Part shown: positions 26,041-38,691 of the stretch, piece by piece
Layout of the letters: every line of letters begins with the position of its first letter
Numbering within the stretch: the first letter of the stretch is position 1
The notes under the pieces: model-generated
Told to the model about the DNA's origin: nothing
The model's database searches: none
The model's input: only the letters and a program-made list of their open reading frames with translations
Position numbers and translations under genes: made by a program
NCBI GenBank assembly: GCA_038087875.1
Contig: CM075991.1
Coordinates: 7,690,001 to 7,754,000, forward strand
Direction of reading: 5' to 3'
Length of the DNA: 64,000 nucleotides
DNA from: Malacoraja senta
Taxonomy: Eukaryota

Positions 26041-27289
26041 AATTTGATAGAGAAGATGGATAAGGTGATGTTTCGGGTTGGGACCCTTCTTCAAAGGAAT
26101 ACACAGCGATCCCCCGCCCATTCTTCTTCTTGCGTTTGAGGCAGCAGAAGTCCGCAGCAGGGCGATGCCATCCGGTTCAGCATCCGTAGGTGCCCGCCCT
26201 AAAAAGGGCGCATCCTCCGGGTTGGCGCCAAGCTGCGGCGGGCGCGGCTGCTGTCTCTGTTTGTTGCCGTTTGCCTGACTGAAGTCAGTTGACAGGACTC
26301 ACCACGGGGAGGTCGACAACATGAGCCCCCACCCATAAAGAAAATGGTACCACTGCATTGCCTTACAGGTTTAAGTACTCAATTTAAATGTATCTAATGA
26401 AAAGCATTAAATGGTTTTTTTTTACTTACATGCATTTAAAACATCTGAACAAGCTGGAAAACGATGGTGTTTTGCTAAATTAGCAGCGAAACATATTTCC
26501 TTCTGTAATAATCTGTTTCAGCGTTAATGTTGCCATTTAAACTACAGTTAAGTTCCACAATGACATTCCATTGTTCAGGATTTTATGTGCTTCTTTACGA
26601 AAATCATATTGCAAATTGCAATTAACAATCTGTTTTGTTCGTGACATTCTTGTAATTATTTGCAGTTAGTGTACCATCAGAGGCTGACAGTGCAGTCGGT
26701 TAATGAGCTAATGTAGCAGTGAAGGATCAGAAGTCTGATGGGATGATCCAGTTGTGCAGGAAGGAACTGCAGATGTTGGTCTACACCGAAGATAGACACA
26801 AAAAGCTGGAGTAACTCAGCGGGACAGGCAGCATCTCTGGAGAGAAGGAATGGGTGGCGTTTCGGTTCAAGGCCCTTCTTCACACCCTACTGAGTTACTC
26901 CAGCGTTTTGTGTCTACCTGTCCATGTTCTCCGGGTTATGCTGCCTGACCCGCTGAGTTACCCCAGCACATTGTGCCTTCAACTCTTAGCCGGTTGTGGA
27001 ACCCCTCTGATATTCCATTGTCAAGCCTATCGCTCTGATATTTTGCAGACATCTGCTATTTACAGTTGCACTTATTTTAAAATATGATCGCATCATGTTT
27101 ATCAGCAAGATCTTCTAATTATGTGATGACTTTAATGAGAATAAACTGTTAATTACACCTTTGCAAGTGCAAGTCTCTTCGAGACCCACTGTCAAGACCC
27201 TTCCCAGATTATCCAGTTGCCTTGAATGTCACAGAGCTTTGCTTTTACTTTACAGAACGACACGGCAAAGAAATGAAACAGTTTGATTT

Positions 27290-27510
27290 GAGAAGATAGA
27301 CACAAAATGCTGGAGTAACTCAGCGAGACAGGCACCATCTCTGGAGAGATGGAATGGGTGACGTTTCGAGTCGAGACAGTCTGAAGAAAGGTCTCGACCT
27401 GAAGCGTCACCGATTCCTTCTCTCCAGAGATGCTGCCTGCCCCACTGAGTTACTCCAGCGTTTTGTGTCTATCATCGGTTTAAACCAGCTTCTGCTGTTC
27501 CTTCCTGCAC
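27290..27510. mobile_element. Palindromic Penelope pLTR pair
   Basis: Inverted arms around the CTGAAGA..GAA core at ~27381. Confidence 0.75.
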
Positions 27511-27514
27511 AGCG

Positions 27515-28015
27515 TGATTTGGGAACAGCTCCATCCAAGACCGCAAGAAATTGCAGTGAATTGTGGACGCAGCCCAGACCATCACACAAACCAACCTCCC
27601 TTCCATTGACTCCATCTACACCTCACGCTGCCTTGGCAAGGCCACCAGCATAATCAAGGATGTCGCACCTTGGCCACTCCCTCTTTTCCCCTCTCCCATC
27701 AGACAAAAGGTATAGAAGTGTGGAAACGCACACCTCCAGATTCAGGGACAGTTTCTTCCCAGCTGTTATCAGGCAACTGAATCATCCTACCACAACTAGA
27801 GAGCGGTCCTGAACTACTATCTACCTCTTTGGTGGCCCTCGGACGATCCTTCATCGGACTTTGCTGGCTTTACCTTGCACTAAATGTTATTCCCTTATAT
27901 ATCTTTACACTGTAAATAGATCGATTGTAATCATGTATTGTCTTTCTGATAACTGGTTAGCACACGACAAAAGCTTTGCTTTCTCACACGTGACAATAAA
28001 CTAAACAAAACTAAA
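27515..28015 (+). mobile_element. Rex1/Babar-like LINE 3' end
   Basis: LPSIDSIYTSRCLGKA..II..HPGH..PLPS..RYRS; 3' UTR ending in (AAACT)n. Confidence 0.75.
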
Positions 28016-28365
28016 CGTCGACCCAACCGGCAACTTCAGAAGGTATTGGAGAAGACCTGAGTGCAGATCCACAGCTTTTCACTCATAAACTGGAAGCTGT
28101 CACGGGGAAAAAAGTAAGAGACTCTTCAAACAAGCAACACTGGGAAATGTCTTTGATCTGGAAACAAAGAGATATGGTGTCCAGGAATGTTTTATACCCT
28201 TTACTCTGTTTCTGGAAATCATCTCAATACTGTGCAGTCAGCAATTTCTAGACAGGCTCTCATCTCTTGCCAGGTTAGGTTTGGTTCTGGATCTGGCTGA
28301 AAAGGTCTAGGTATAGCATCACCCAGCACCATTTTCTTAAGTTAGCTTAGGTTAGGTTAGGCTAG

Positions 28366-30390
28366 TGTATAGAATAAACTGCAAATGTTGGTTTAGACTG
28401 AAGATAGACACAAAATGCTGGAGTAAACTCAGCAAGATGGGCAACATCTCTGGAGAGAAGGAATGGGTGACGTTTCATAGATACATAGATACATAGAAAA
28501 TAGGTGCAGGAGTAGGCCATTCGGCCCTTCGAGCCTGCACTGCCATTCAATATGATCATGGCTGATCATCCAACTCAGTATCCCGTACCTGCCTTCTCTC
28601 CATACCCCCTGATCCCTTTAGCCACAAGGGCCACATCTAACTCCCTCTTAAATATAGCCAATGAACTGGCCTCAACTACCCTCTGTGGCAGAGAGTTCCA
28701 GAGATTCACCACTCTCTGTGTGAAAAAGTTTTTCCTCATCTCGGTCTTAAAGGATTTCCCCCTTATCCTTAAGCTGTGACCCCTTGTCCTGGACTTCCCC
28801 AACATCGGGAACAATCTTCCTGCATCTAGCCTGTCCAACCCCATAAGAATTTTGTACGTTTCTATAAGATCCCCTCTCAATCTCCTAAATTCTAGCGAGT
28901 ATAAGCCAAGTCTATCCAGTCTTTCTTCATATGAAAGTCCTGACATCCCAGGAATCAGTCTGGTGAACCTTCTCTGCACTCCCTCTATGGCTATAATGTC
29001 CTTCCTCAGATTTGGAGACCAAAACTGTACGCAATACTCCAGGTGTGGTCTCACCAAGACCCTGTACAACTGCAGTAGAACCTCCCTGCTCCTATACTCA
29101 AATCCTTTTGCTATGAAAGCTAACATACCATTCGCTTTCTTCACTGCCTGCTGCACCTGCATGCCTACTTTCAATGACTGGTGTACCATGACACCCAGGT
29201 CTCGCTGCATCTCCCCATTTCCTAATCGGCCACCATTTAGATAATAGTCTGCTTTCCTGTTTTTGCCACCAAAGTGGATAACCTCACATTTATCCACATT
29301 ATACTGCATCTGCCAAACATTTGCCCACTTACCCAGCCTATCCAAGTCACCTTGCAGTCTCCTAGCATCCTCCTCACAGCTAACACTGCCCCCCGGCTTA
29401 GTGTCATCCGCAAACTTGGAGATGTTGCCTTCAATTCCCTCATCCAGTTCATTAATATAAATTGTAAATAGCTGGGGTCCCAGCACTGAGCCTTGCGGTA
29501 CCCCACTAGTCACTGCCTGCCATTGTGAAAAGGACCCGTTTACTCCTACTCTTTGCTTCCTGTTTGCCAGCCAGTTCTCTATCCACATCAATACTGAACC
29601 CCCAATACCGTGTGCTTTAAGTTTGTATACTAATTCTCTTATGTGGTACCTTGTCGAAAGCCTTCTGAAAGTCCAGATACAACACATCCACTGGTTCTCC
29701 CCTATCCACTCTGCTAGTTACATCCTCGAAAAATTCTATAAGATTCGTCAGACACGATTTACCTTTCGTAAATCCATGCTGACTTTGTCCAATGATTTCA
29801 CCACTTTCCAAATGTGCTGCTATCCCATCGTTAATAACTGACTCTAGCAGTTTCCCCACTACCGATGTTAGACTAACTGGTCTGTAATTCCCCGTTTTCT
29901 CTCTCCCTCCCTTCTTAAAAAGTGGGGTTACGTTTGCTACCCTCCAATCCTCAGGAACTACTCCAGAATCTAAAGAGTTTTGAAAAATTATCACTAATGC
30001 ATCCACTATTTCTGGAGCTACTTCCTTAAGTACTCTGGGATGCAGCCTATCTGGCCCTGGTGATTTATCGGCCTTTAATCCATTCAATTTACCCAACACC
30101 ACTTCCCGACTAACCTGGATTTCACTCAGTTCCTCCATCTCCTTTGACCCGTGGCCCCCTGCTATTTCCGGCAGATTATTTATGTCTTCCTTAGTGAAGA
30201 CGGAACCAAAGTAGTTATTCAATGGTCCGCCATATCCTTGTTCCCCATGATCAATTCACCTGTTTCTGACTGCAAGGGACCTACATGGGACCCATCTGAA
30301 GAAGGGTCTCGACCTGAAACATCACCCATTCCATCTCTCCAGAGATATTGCCTGTCCCGCTGAGTTACCACAGCATTTTGTGTCTATCTT
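28366..30390. mobile_element. Palindromic Penelope pLTR pair split at its centre by a CR1
   Basis: Left arm 28366-28475, right arm 30287-30390; flanking duplicate CTTAAGTTAG(C/G)TTAGGTTAGGTT. Confidence 0.75.
28476..30286 (-). mobile_element. Young CR1 LINE, 5'-truncated, near-identical to 13148-14958
   Basis: ORFs 29617-30222 and 28575-29687 joined by a +1 frameshift near 29636; FADD motif intact; same (CTATGTAT)n tail. Confidence 0.95.
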
Positions 30391-30833
30391 AAGTTAGGTT
30401 AGGTTAGGTTTATTACTGTCACCTGTACCGAGGTATAGTGAAAAGCTTTGTTTTGCATGATATCCAATCAAAACAGATAAAACTATACGGAGATATAATG
30501 AGCCAAACTCAAGTGCAATAGTTAGTGCAAAATGAAAGATACAGAGTGCCAATATAGTCCAGATTATCCAAAACTGAACTCCCGTGACTTTCTGTTTTTG
30601 ATGACCTCCATTGAGCCTTGCATGCAATACCCCAAATTTAACATTCTCTAATATGTTTAAAATCCTCAATGGTCTTCAGTTTCCCTCTTATAATCACCTC
30701 TTGTTCTCAATAAAGTACATTGACTGTCACATGAAAAGCAAACCGCAGATGTTAAACAATTTGAAATAGAAACCAAAGCTGTTTGTAACACGCACTAGGT
30801 TGGGCAGCATCCGTGGAAAGAGAATCAGAGTTA

Positions 30834-31423
30834 AGGGCCTGTCCCACTTGCCGATTTTTTTAGGCGACTGCCGGTGACTGTCATAGTCGTAGCAGGTCGC
30901 CGAAAAACCCGGTGGCTGGACTAATGGGCCTGTCCCACTTAGGCAATTTTTTTAGGCGACTGCTGGCGACGACGACAATGGAATTCACCAAAGTCAGCAC
31001 CTGGCGACAACCTACGTCACCTGGCGACAACCTACGTCACCTGGCGACAACCTACGTCACCTGGCGACAACCTACGTCGCCTGGCGACAACCTACGTCAC
31101 CTGGCGACAACCTACGTCACCTGGCGACAACCTACGTCACCTGGCGACAACCTACGTCACTTGGCGACAACCTACGTCACCTGGCGACAACCTACGACAG
31201 CACCTACATCAGGAGAAGGCAGGCTACGACAAGCCAGCTGTCGGCGACTGTCGCCGAAAAGTTTTGAACATTTCAAAATCCAGCAGTGACCAGAAAAACG
31301 CTACGACTCTTTGGGCGACTGAGAAAACTACTCACGGCCATACAGGCGACACCCTGGCGACCGTGTGGCCACTGCCTAGTCACCGGCAGTTGCCTAAAAA
31401 TTGCCTAAGTGGGGACAGGCAAT
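30834..31423. mobile_element. Harbinger-type MITE, family C, with duplicated left end
   Basis: Left TIRs at 30834 (after TTA) and 30925 (after TAA); right end TTGCCTAAGTGGGGACAGGC. Confidence 0.75.
31001..31200. repeat. 20-bp minisatellite, 10 units (CTGGCGACAACCTACGTCAC)
   Basis: Directly visible head-to-tail units with few substitutions. Confidence 0.97.
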
Positions 31424-31591
31424 TTAATGTTTCGGATTGATGAAAGTTAAAGTATCATAATGAAGCCCACAGCCTTACAACCCATACCTCCTGCCGTCTT
31501 CTTTGTTTTCTTTGAATCTCCCCATTCGTTACCCTTCCTTCAAGGTTTCTGCCTTCAGCAGCCGAGACCTCGCCTGCAATACAGTCTCTAA

Positions 31592-31880
31592 TGTGTAGGA
31601 AGGAACTGCAGATGCCGTTTAAATCGAAGGTAGACACAAAATGTTGGAGTAACTCAGCGGGACAGGCAGCATCTCTGGAGAGATGGAATGGGTGATGTTT
31701 CGGGTCGAGACCCTTCTTCAGACTGATGTCAGGGGAGTGGGCGGGACAGAGATAGAATGTAGTCGGAGACAGTAAGACTGGTGGGAGAACTGGGAAGGCG
31801 GAGGGCATGGAGAGAGAGGGAAAACAAGGGCTATTTGAAGTTAGAGAAGTCAATGTTCATAACGCTGGGGTCTAAGCTGT
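31592..31880 (-). mobile_element. Penelope-like 3' end and pLTR
   Basis: Antisense ..PSVMNIDFSNFK stop followed by pLTR with intact hammerhead core. Confidence 0.8.
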
Positions 31881-32859
31881 AATACATTCTCTGATCCTTT
31901 CCATCTACTTTCTCCTCCTTTATCATCTTCCTTGAAACTAATTTCAATGACAATTCTGATCACTGTTCCTAATGTTTGCTTCTTCCTTCACATATCCAAT
32001 TTGGTCTGACTGCGAGATGCAGGTTTTGGCGCAGTTGCAACTGGAAGTGCATTAGTTACACAATCAAGATGATCTTATCCTTGATCGGACTTTGCTGGCT
32101 TTACCTTGCACTAAACGTCATCCCCTTATCATGTGTCTATACACTGAAAATGGATCAATTGTAATCATGTATTGTCTTTCTGCTGTCTGGTTGGCACGCA
32201 ACGAAAGCTCTTCACTGTACCTCGGTACACGTGACAATAAACTAACTAAACTTATGAATGTGTTCCACATGTGTTACGTGACTGATGTACGCCAGTAGTT
32301 CCGAAGGGTGGCACATTAGAGCACGATCTCTACAGGGGATAGAAAAACACTATCAAGAAAAATTGTGTCTTATGTCAAATCCAATTGGGGTGAAATTTTA
32401 ACTTCACAACAAATGGTTTTTTTTGGCTATAATTTCATGTTGAATCCAAGAATCTGTTTGTTTTTGTTCAGACAATGATAAGTTATTGGTGATCCTATAA
32501 AAAACCACTTCTTGTTATTGCTGATATAATGGACAAATCATGATTTTAATCATTTGTTCATGACAAACCATTATTCCTCTACCGGGCTCTATTCCAAGTT
32601 TAAAAATTCTTAATCAATTGCCTCTTGTTTGCATTTTATCATTCTCGACAACAGTGCATGGATGGATTGCATGCAATGCACGCTCCAATCTTGTTCGGTC
32701 TGTCTGGTAGAATCAACATCAGTGGCTCCCTGTCTCTCTCAACTCCTCCAGGCTAGTGGATCCTCATCCCCAGCAGGGATAAAATTATATTGATTTGATT
32801 GGATAACATGCTAAAAAATACTTTTCATTGTACCTCGGTACACATGATAATAATAAATC

Positions 32860-33089
32860 TAACATAACTAACCTAACCTAACATATCCTAACCTAACCTA
32901 TCCTAACCTAACCTAACATATCCTAACCTAACCTAACCTAACAATCCAAACCAAACCAAACGAAACCTAACCTATCCTAACTTAACCTAACTTATGCTAA
33001 CATAACCTAACCTAACCTAACGTAACCTTACCTAACCTATCCTAACTTAACCTAACCTACCCTAACCTAACCCACCTCACTGAACCTAA
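32860..33089. repeat. (AACCT)n degenerate microsatellite, expanded LINE tail
   Basis: Follows the LINE 3' UTR motif TTTTCATTGTACCTCGGTACACATGATAATAA. Confidence 0.85.
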
Positions 33090-34038
33090 ATGTCCTCATT
33101 CTTCAGGGAACGGGGGTTCCCCTCCTCCACCATAGATGAGGCTCGCACCAGGGTCTCTGCCATACCCCGCAACACTGCTCTCTCTCCCCATCCCCCCACT
33201 CACAACAAGGGCAGAGTTCCCCTAGTCCTCACCTTCAGCCCACCAGCCGCACATACAACAAGTGATCCTCCGTCAGTTTCGCCACCTCCACGTGACCCCA
33301 CCACTCGCCACATCTTCCCATCTCCCCCCATGTCTGCCTTCCGCAAAGACCGCTCCCTCCGTAACTCCCTTGTCAATTCTTCCCTTCCCTCCCATACCAC
33401 CCCCTCCCCTGGTACTTTCCCTTGCAACCGCAAGAGATGCAACACTCGTCCCTTCACCTCCCCCCTCTACTCCATTCAGGGGACCCAAGCAGTCGTTCCA
33501 GGTGCGACAGAGGTTCACCTGCATCTTCCTCCAACCTCATCTATTGCATCCGCTGCTCTAGATGCCAGCTGATCTACATCGGTGAGACCAAGCGGAGGCT
33601 TGGCGATCGTTTCGCCGAACACCTCCGGTCGGTCCGCACTAACCAACCTGACCTCCCGGTGGCTCAGCACTTCAACTCCCCCTCCCATTCCGTATCTGAC
33701 CTCTCTGTCCTTGGGTCTCCTCCATGGCCACAGCGAGCAACACCGTAAATTTGAGGAAATGCACCTCATATTCCGCTTGGGCAGTCTACATCCTGGGGCT
33801 TGAACATTGAATTCTCCCAATTCTGCTAGCCCTTGCTGTCCCCTCCCCTTCATCAGCCATCTGGTTGTCTCCTCCCCTCCCCCAGCCCTCGGGCTCCTCC
33901 TCCGCCTTTTTCCTTTTTTCCTTTCTTCTCCCCACCCCCTATCAGTCTGAAGAAGGGTTTCGGCCCGAAACGTTACCTATTTCCTTTGCTCCATAGATGC
34001 TGCTGCACCCGCTGAGTTTCTCCAGCATTTTTGTGTAC
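33090..34038 (+). mobile_element. Neptune-like Penelope element, 5'-truncated (RT thumb, Cys-rich linker, GIY-YIG, pLTR), frameshifted
   Basis: FRERGFP..PLVLTF..PGTFPCNRKRCNT..LIYCIRCSRCQLIYIGETK; 15-bp TSD CCTCACTGAACCTAA at 33075-33089 and 34039-34053. Confidence 0.9.
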
Positions 34039-34475
34039 CCTCACTGAACCTAAGCTAACCAGGCAAGAGGTGAGTGGCTGTCCAGCAATTGTAGACAGCA
34101 AGGAATTGAGATGAGGATCCACGAGCCTAGAGTCGCTTTCTCTGCTGGGTCGTTGCTTGACTAGCGATTGATATCAGCACTTTCACCCCAAGGAGATTGA
34201 GTGATATCTTTATTTTTTAATTTCTACTCTTCCACACAAATTCTTCACAGCTTCAGTAGACACAAAATGCATCAGTAACTCGGCGCGTCAGGCAGCATCT
34301 CTGGAGAAAAGGAATAGATGGCATTTTGGGGTCAAGACCCTTCTTCAGAATGAAGAGTCAGGGGAGGGGTATGAAAAGGTTCAGAACAAGTCAGAGCCAG
34401 CACCGATGACCCAAGGAAAGGTGAAGCCTTCAGTGCGACAGTGAAAGTAGCAGGACAACTAGGGTGGGGGAGGAC

Positions 34476-34985
34476 CCCATATCTGAGGAAGGATGTGCTG
34501 GCTCTGGAGAGGGTCCAGAGGAGGTTTACAAGAATGATTCCAGGAATGAGTGGGTTAGCATATGATGAGCATTTGACACCACTGGGCCTCCAGTTGCCAG
34601 AGTTTAGAAGGGACCTCATTGAAACTGACAGATTAATGAAAGGCATAGATAGAGTGGATGTGGAAAGGATGTTTCCACTGGTGGGAGAGTCTAGGACCAG
34701 AGGTCATAGCCTCAGAATTAAAGGGCGCTCTTTTAGAAAGGAGGTGAGGGAGGAACTTCTTTAGTCAGAGGGTAATTAATCTGTGGAACTCATTGGCCCA
34801 GAGGGCTGTGGAGGTTAAGTTAATGGATATTTTTAAGGCAGAGATAGATAAATTCTTGATTAGAATGGGTGTCAAGGGGTATGGGGAGAAAATGGGATGA
34901 AGAGGCAGAGAACAGGCCATGGTTGAATCGCGGAGTAGACTCACTGGGCTGAATAGCCTAATTCTACTCCTATAATTAGTGAACT
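34476..34985 (+). mobile_element. CR1 3' fragment inserted into an antisense Penelope pLTR
   Basis: PYLRKDVLALERVQRRFTRMIPG..SRTRGHSL. Confidence 0.85.
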
Positions 34986-35294
34986 TGTGGGTCGGAGAGA
35001 GAGGGGATGCAAGAGTTACTTGAAATTAGAAAAATCAATATTCATACCGCTGGGTTGTGAGCTGCCCAAGTGAGATATCACACCTTCCTGCCTCTGTAGT
35101 CTTTGCTTCCACCCCTTTGAAAATATGTGATGTTTCTGACCATTCTGATGGACCTCCATTCCTGACCTTTTGATTATCCCCGCCTTACCTGAGCTCTGTC
35201 CTTGGACACTTCCCACAAAACATAACGTAAGCCCATGAATAGCTTCCAGCAAAATATATTACAAACCTGAGACTTTAGATTCAACAATTTCCGG

Positions 35295-35610
35295 GGAGGC
35301 ACAGTGGCGCAGGGGTAGAGATGCTGCCTTACAAGGCTTGCAGCACCAGAGACCCGGGTTCGATCCCAACTACGGGTGCTGCCTGTACGGAGTTTGTGCG
35401 TTCTTCCCCGTGACCGCATGGGTTTTCTACCAGATCTTTGGTTTCCTCCCACACTACAAAGACGCACAGGTTTGCAGGTTAATTGGCTTGGTATAAGTGT
35501 AAATCGCCCTAGTGTGTGCAGGATAGTGTTGGTGTGCAGGATCGCTGGTTGGTGCAAACTTGGTGGGCCGAAGGGCCTGTTTCCACGCTGTATCTCTAAA
35601 ACGGAACTAA
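35295..35610 (+). mobile_element. HE1-like V-SINE
   Basis: Full head, V-domain and tail. Confidence 0.85.
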
Positions 35611-35980
35611 AATTTCAAATAACCAGTCTTTTCAGTTTTGTTACAAAAATAATCAGATTTCATGAAAAGTCATCATCTTGTAATGTTAACATTCTTTATC
35701 TCTCACCACAGATGTTGCCTGATCTATAGGCATTTTATTTTTTATTGTATATTGCCAGCATCTATGATTTTCACTTTTAGGCAATGTACGAGAAGATTGT
35801 AGCTGGGGCTGCCTGTGCATAATGCATGCACAATGGCAGGGCAGATTGAGAAAGCAGGCAATAAGGCATACACAGTACCAGGCTTTATCAATAAGATAGA
35901 CACAATGTACTGGAGTAACTCAGCAGGACAGGCAGCATCTCTGGAGCTAAGGAATGGGTGACGTTTCGGGCCGAGGCTTA

Positions 35981-36513
35981 ATGGGCTGTCCCTCTTGGGC
36001 CACCTAATTGGCGAGTTTAGAAGAGTTTGAAAAAATGACATGTTGAAGACCTCCTTCGACTAAGTTGAAGACCAGCTTCGACTAGCTATGACTAGCTACG
36101 ACTAACTGTGGGAAAATTGGACACCGAATAGTGGAGAGTGAAGACGACCTCCTTCGATCTCCTTCGACCTCCCTTCGACTATGATGAAGACTATCTACGA
36201 CTACCTTCGACTACCCTCGATTACCTACGACTAACATGCCGACCTACCGCGACCTACTACGACTAAACCTACCAGTAAAAAAAATATCGATTTTTTCCAT
36301 GGCGACCTTTTTTTGCTCGTGGGCATTTTTTTTAACATATTGAAAAAAAACGCCGCGACCTAGCTGAGGCCTCGAGTACGCGGAGACCGCTCTCGAGCAT
36401 GAAGGAGAGTTACGAAGACCTCCTACAACCTCGTGTCGACCATGCTGCGAGTATGAGTCGAGGGAAAACTCGCCAGAACTCGCGGATTAGGTCGCCCAAG
36501 TGGGACAGGCCCA
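35981..36513. mobile_element. Harbinger-type MITE, family A
   Basis: TIR core CTGTCCC.CTTGGGC; TTA on both sides. Confidence 0.8.
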
Positions 36514-37182
36514 TTAAGAGGTGTATTAAAGAAAGGAAGGAGGTGGACTGGCTGAACTTTGTTGCCTTCCACCACAGTGAAGAATGCTGTGGTGGATGTT
36601 TGTGTTAAATTCCATTGTGTATTGTATCTGTGTTCTTTTTTCATTGGCATCGCTGCTGGCAAATTCATTTCACTGTACCGTAGTTGGTCATGTGACAAAT
36701 AAATTTGAACTTTGAACTTTGAACTTTAAGCTAATTCTTAATAAAAGAATAGTCTTGTTTCATACAGAGTCATGGAGTCATACAGCACGTAAACAGGCAC
36801 TTCATCCCAATTTGCCCACGCTGACCAACATGCCTCATCTACACTAGATCCACCTGCCTGCTTTTGCCCCATATCCTTATAAACCTATCCTACCCATGTT
36901 CCTGTGCAAATGTTTATTAAACGCTGTGCATGTTCCTTCTGAATTCTCCTGAATTCTTCTTGGATTTGTTAGTAACCATCTTATATTCAAGCCCATTGAT
37001 CTGGTCTTCCTGCAATCAGAAATCTACTCCATGTCAGCCCATTCAAGACCTTTAGGTATCTTTATAAACATCTCTGGAGTTATCCGTGATTCCCCAGCTA
37101 GTTAGGTTCTGATACATATCTCTCTCAGTTCTGGGATCACCTTTGCAAATCTGTTTTTAGGTCAAGTTCATTACTTCAAGTA

Positions 37183-37700
37183 CGGTAGATTTGCTGTCTT
37201 ACAGCACTTGAGACCCGGGTTCGATCCTGACTACGGGTGCTGTCTGTATGGTGTTTGTACATACTCCCCATGACCACGTGGGTTTTCTCCAGGTGCTCAG
37301 GTTTCTTCCCGCATTCTAAAGACGTACAGGTTTGTTAACTCTTGCTGTCTCCTCCCCTTCCTACCTCTCCCTCAGCCCTCGGGCTCCTCCTCCTCCTTTT
37401 TCCATTCTTCTCCCCGCCTCCCCCAACCCCCTATCAGTCTGAAGAGGGGTTTAGGCCCGAAACGTTGCCTATCTCCTTCGCTCCATAAATGCTGCTGCAC
37501 CCGCTGAGTTTCTCCAGCATTTTTGTGTACCTTCGATTTTCCAGCATCTGCAGTTCCTTCTTTAACAGGTTTGTAGGCTAATTGGCTTTGGTAAAACTTG
37601 TAAAAATTAGCCCTAGTGTGTAGGATAATGTTAGTGTCTGGGGTGATCGCTTGTCAGCATGGACTCGGCAGGCAGAAAGGCTGTAAACTAAACTGAACTT
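37183..37700 (+). mobile_element. HE1-like V-SINE split by a Penelope pLTR (37336-37564)
   Basis: 10-bp TSD ACAGGTTTGT at 37326-37335 and 37565-37574. Confidence 0.85.
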
Positions 37701-38020
37701 TAGTTTAGAGATACAGCGCAGATCAGTTTATTTTAGAGATACAGTGTGGAAACAGATCCGTCAGCCCACCGGGTCCACACCAACAAGCGATCCCCGCACA
37801 TTAACACCATCCAACACACACACTAGGGGCAATTTACAATGATACCAAGCCAATTAACCCACAAATCTGTACGTCTTTTGAGGAAACCGAAGATCTCAGA
37901 GAAAACTCACGCTGGTCATGGTGAGAACGTGCAAAATCCATCCAGCCAGCACCCGTAGTCAGGATCGAACCCGGGTGTCAAGCGCAGTAAGACAGCAAAT
38001 CTACCGCTGCCGCCACCATG
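37700..38020 (-). mobile_element. HE1-like V-SINE, tail-to-tail with the previous copy
   Basis: Reverse complement of the family consensus. Confidence 0.85.
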
Positions 38021-38691
38021 ACGTACTTGAAGTAATCATGCAAAGATGATCCAAGAACTGAGATAGATATGTATCATATTCAGGTGTTGTAAGGCAGCAA
38101 CTCTACCGCTACGCCACCATGCCTGCCCTTAGACAAAACTACGGTCAAATTAAGATTCTCTACAAGCTTAGCATGACTTCTCGGCACTTCCATTTCATGC
38201 CCTCTAGGAAATAAGTCATGCCTTGGTTTATTTTCTGCCTTTGTTAGCTTGTACGATTGTTTTTAGTGATATATCTGAGTCCTCAAATCCCTTTGCTCCT
38301 TCCCCCCTCATCTCGACAAGTACTCTGCGAGGATGCTGCTTTCTCATTGTTCAGAGACTGATCTGTACTTCAGATGTAATTTATTTCCTTGGAATTATGA
38401 TGAATGACACAATGTTTTATTCAGGTGCGTGGAAGCAGAAAACTGAGTTCAGGCTCTACACAATTTCAGCACCATATCACATTAAACGTGCAACGAGAAG
38501 AGTATCTGCAACAATGCGTTGATCTCATCGGTAGGACTTTGGCCACAGTGCGAAGCAAGAAAACAGATCATCCATCAAATCCCAGTAGCGTTATAAATGG
38601 TAAAATAAAGTCAGTTCAATTCTGGCCATTTGTTCCTTCTCTTTAGGTCCAGCTTTTTTGAAGAGGAAACTGAGAGAAAATGAGCTGTCTG

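Noticed and set aside
31001..31200. CRISPR-like array
   Set aside because: Units are contiguous with no unique spacers, there are no cas genes, and the context is a vertebrate MITE.
30912..31289. Repetitive 125-aa protein
   Set aside because: It is a translation of the 20-bp minisatellite inside a MITE.
32860..33089. (CCTAA)n as an arthropod-type telomere or contamination
   Set aside because: The tract is degenerate and directly continues a LINE 3' UTR; the vertebrate telomere repeat is TTAGGG.
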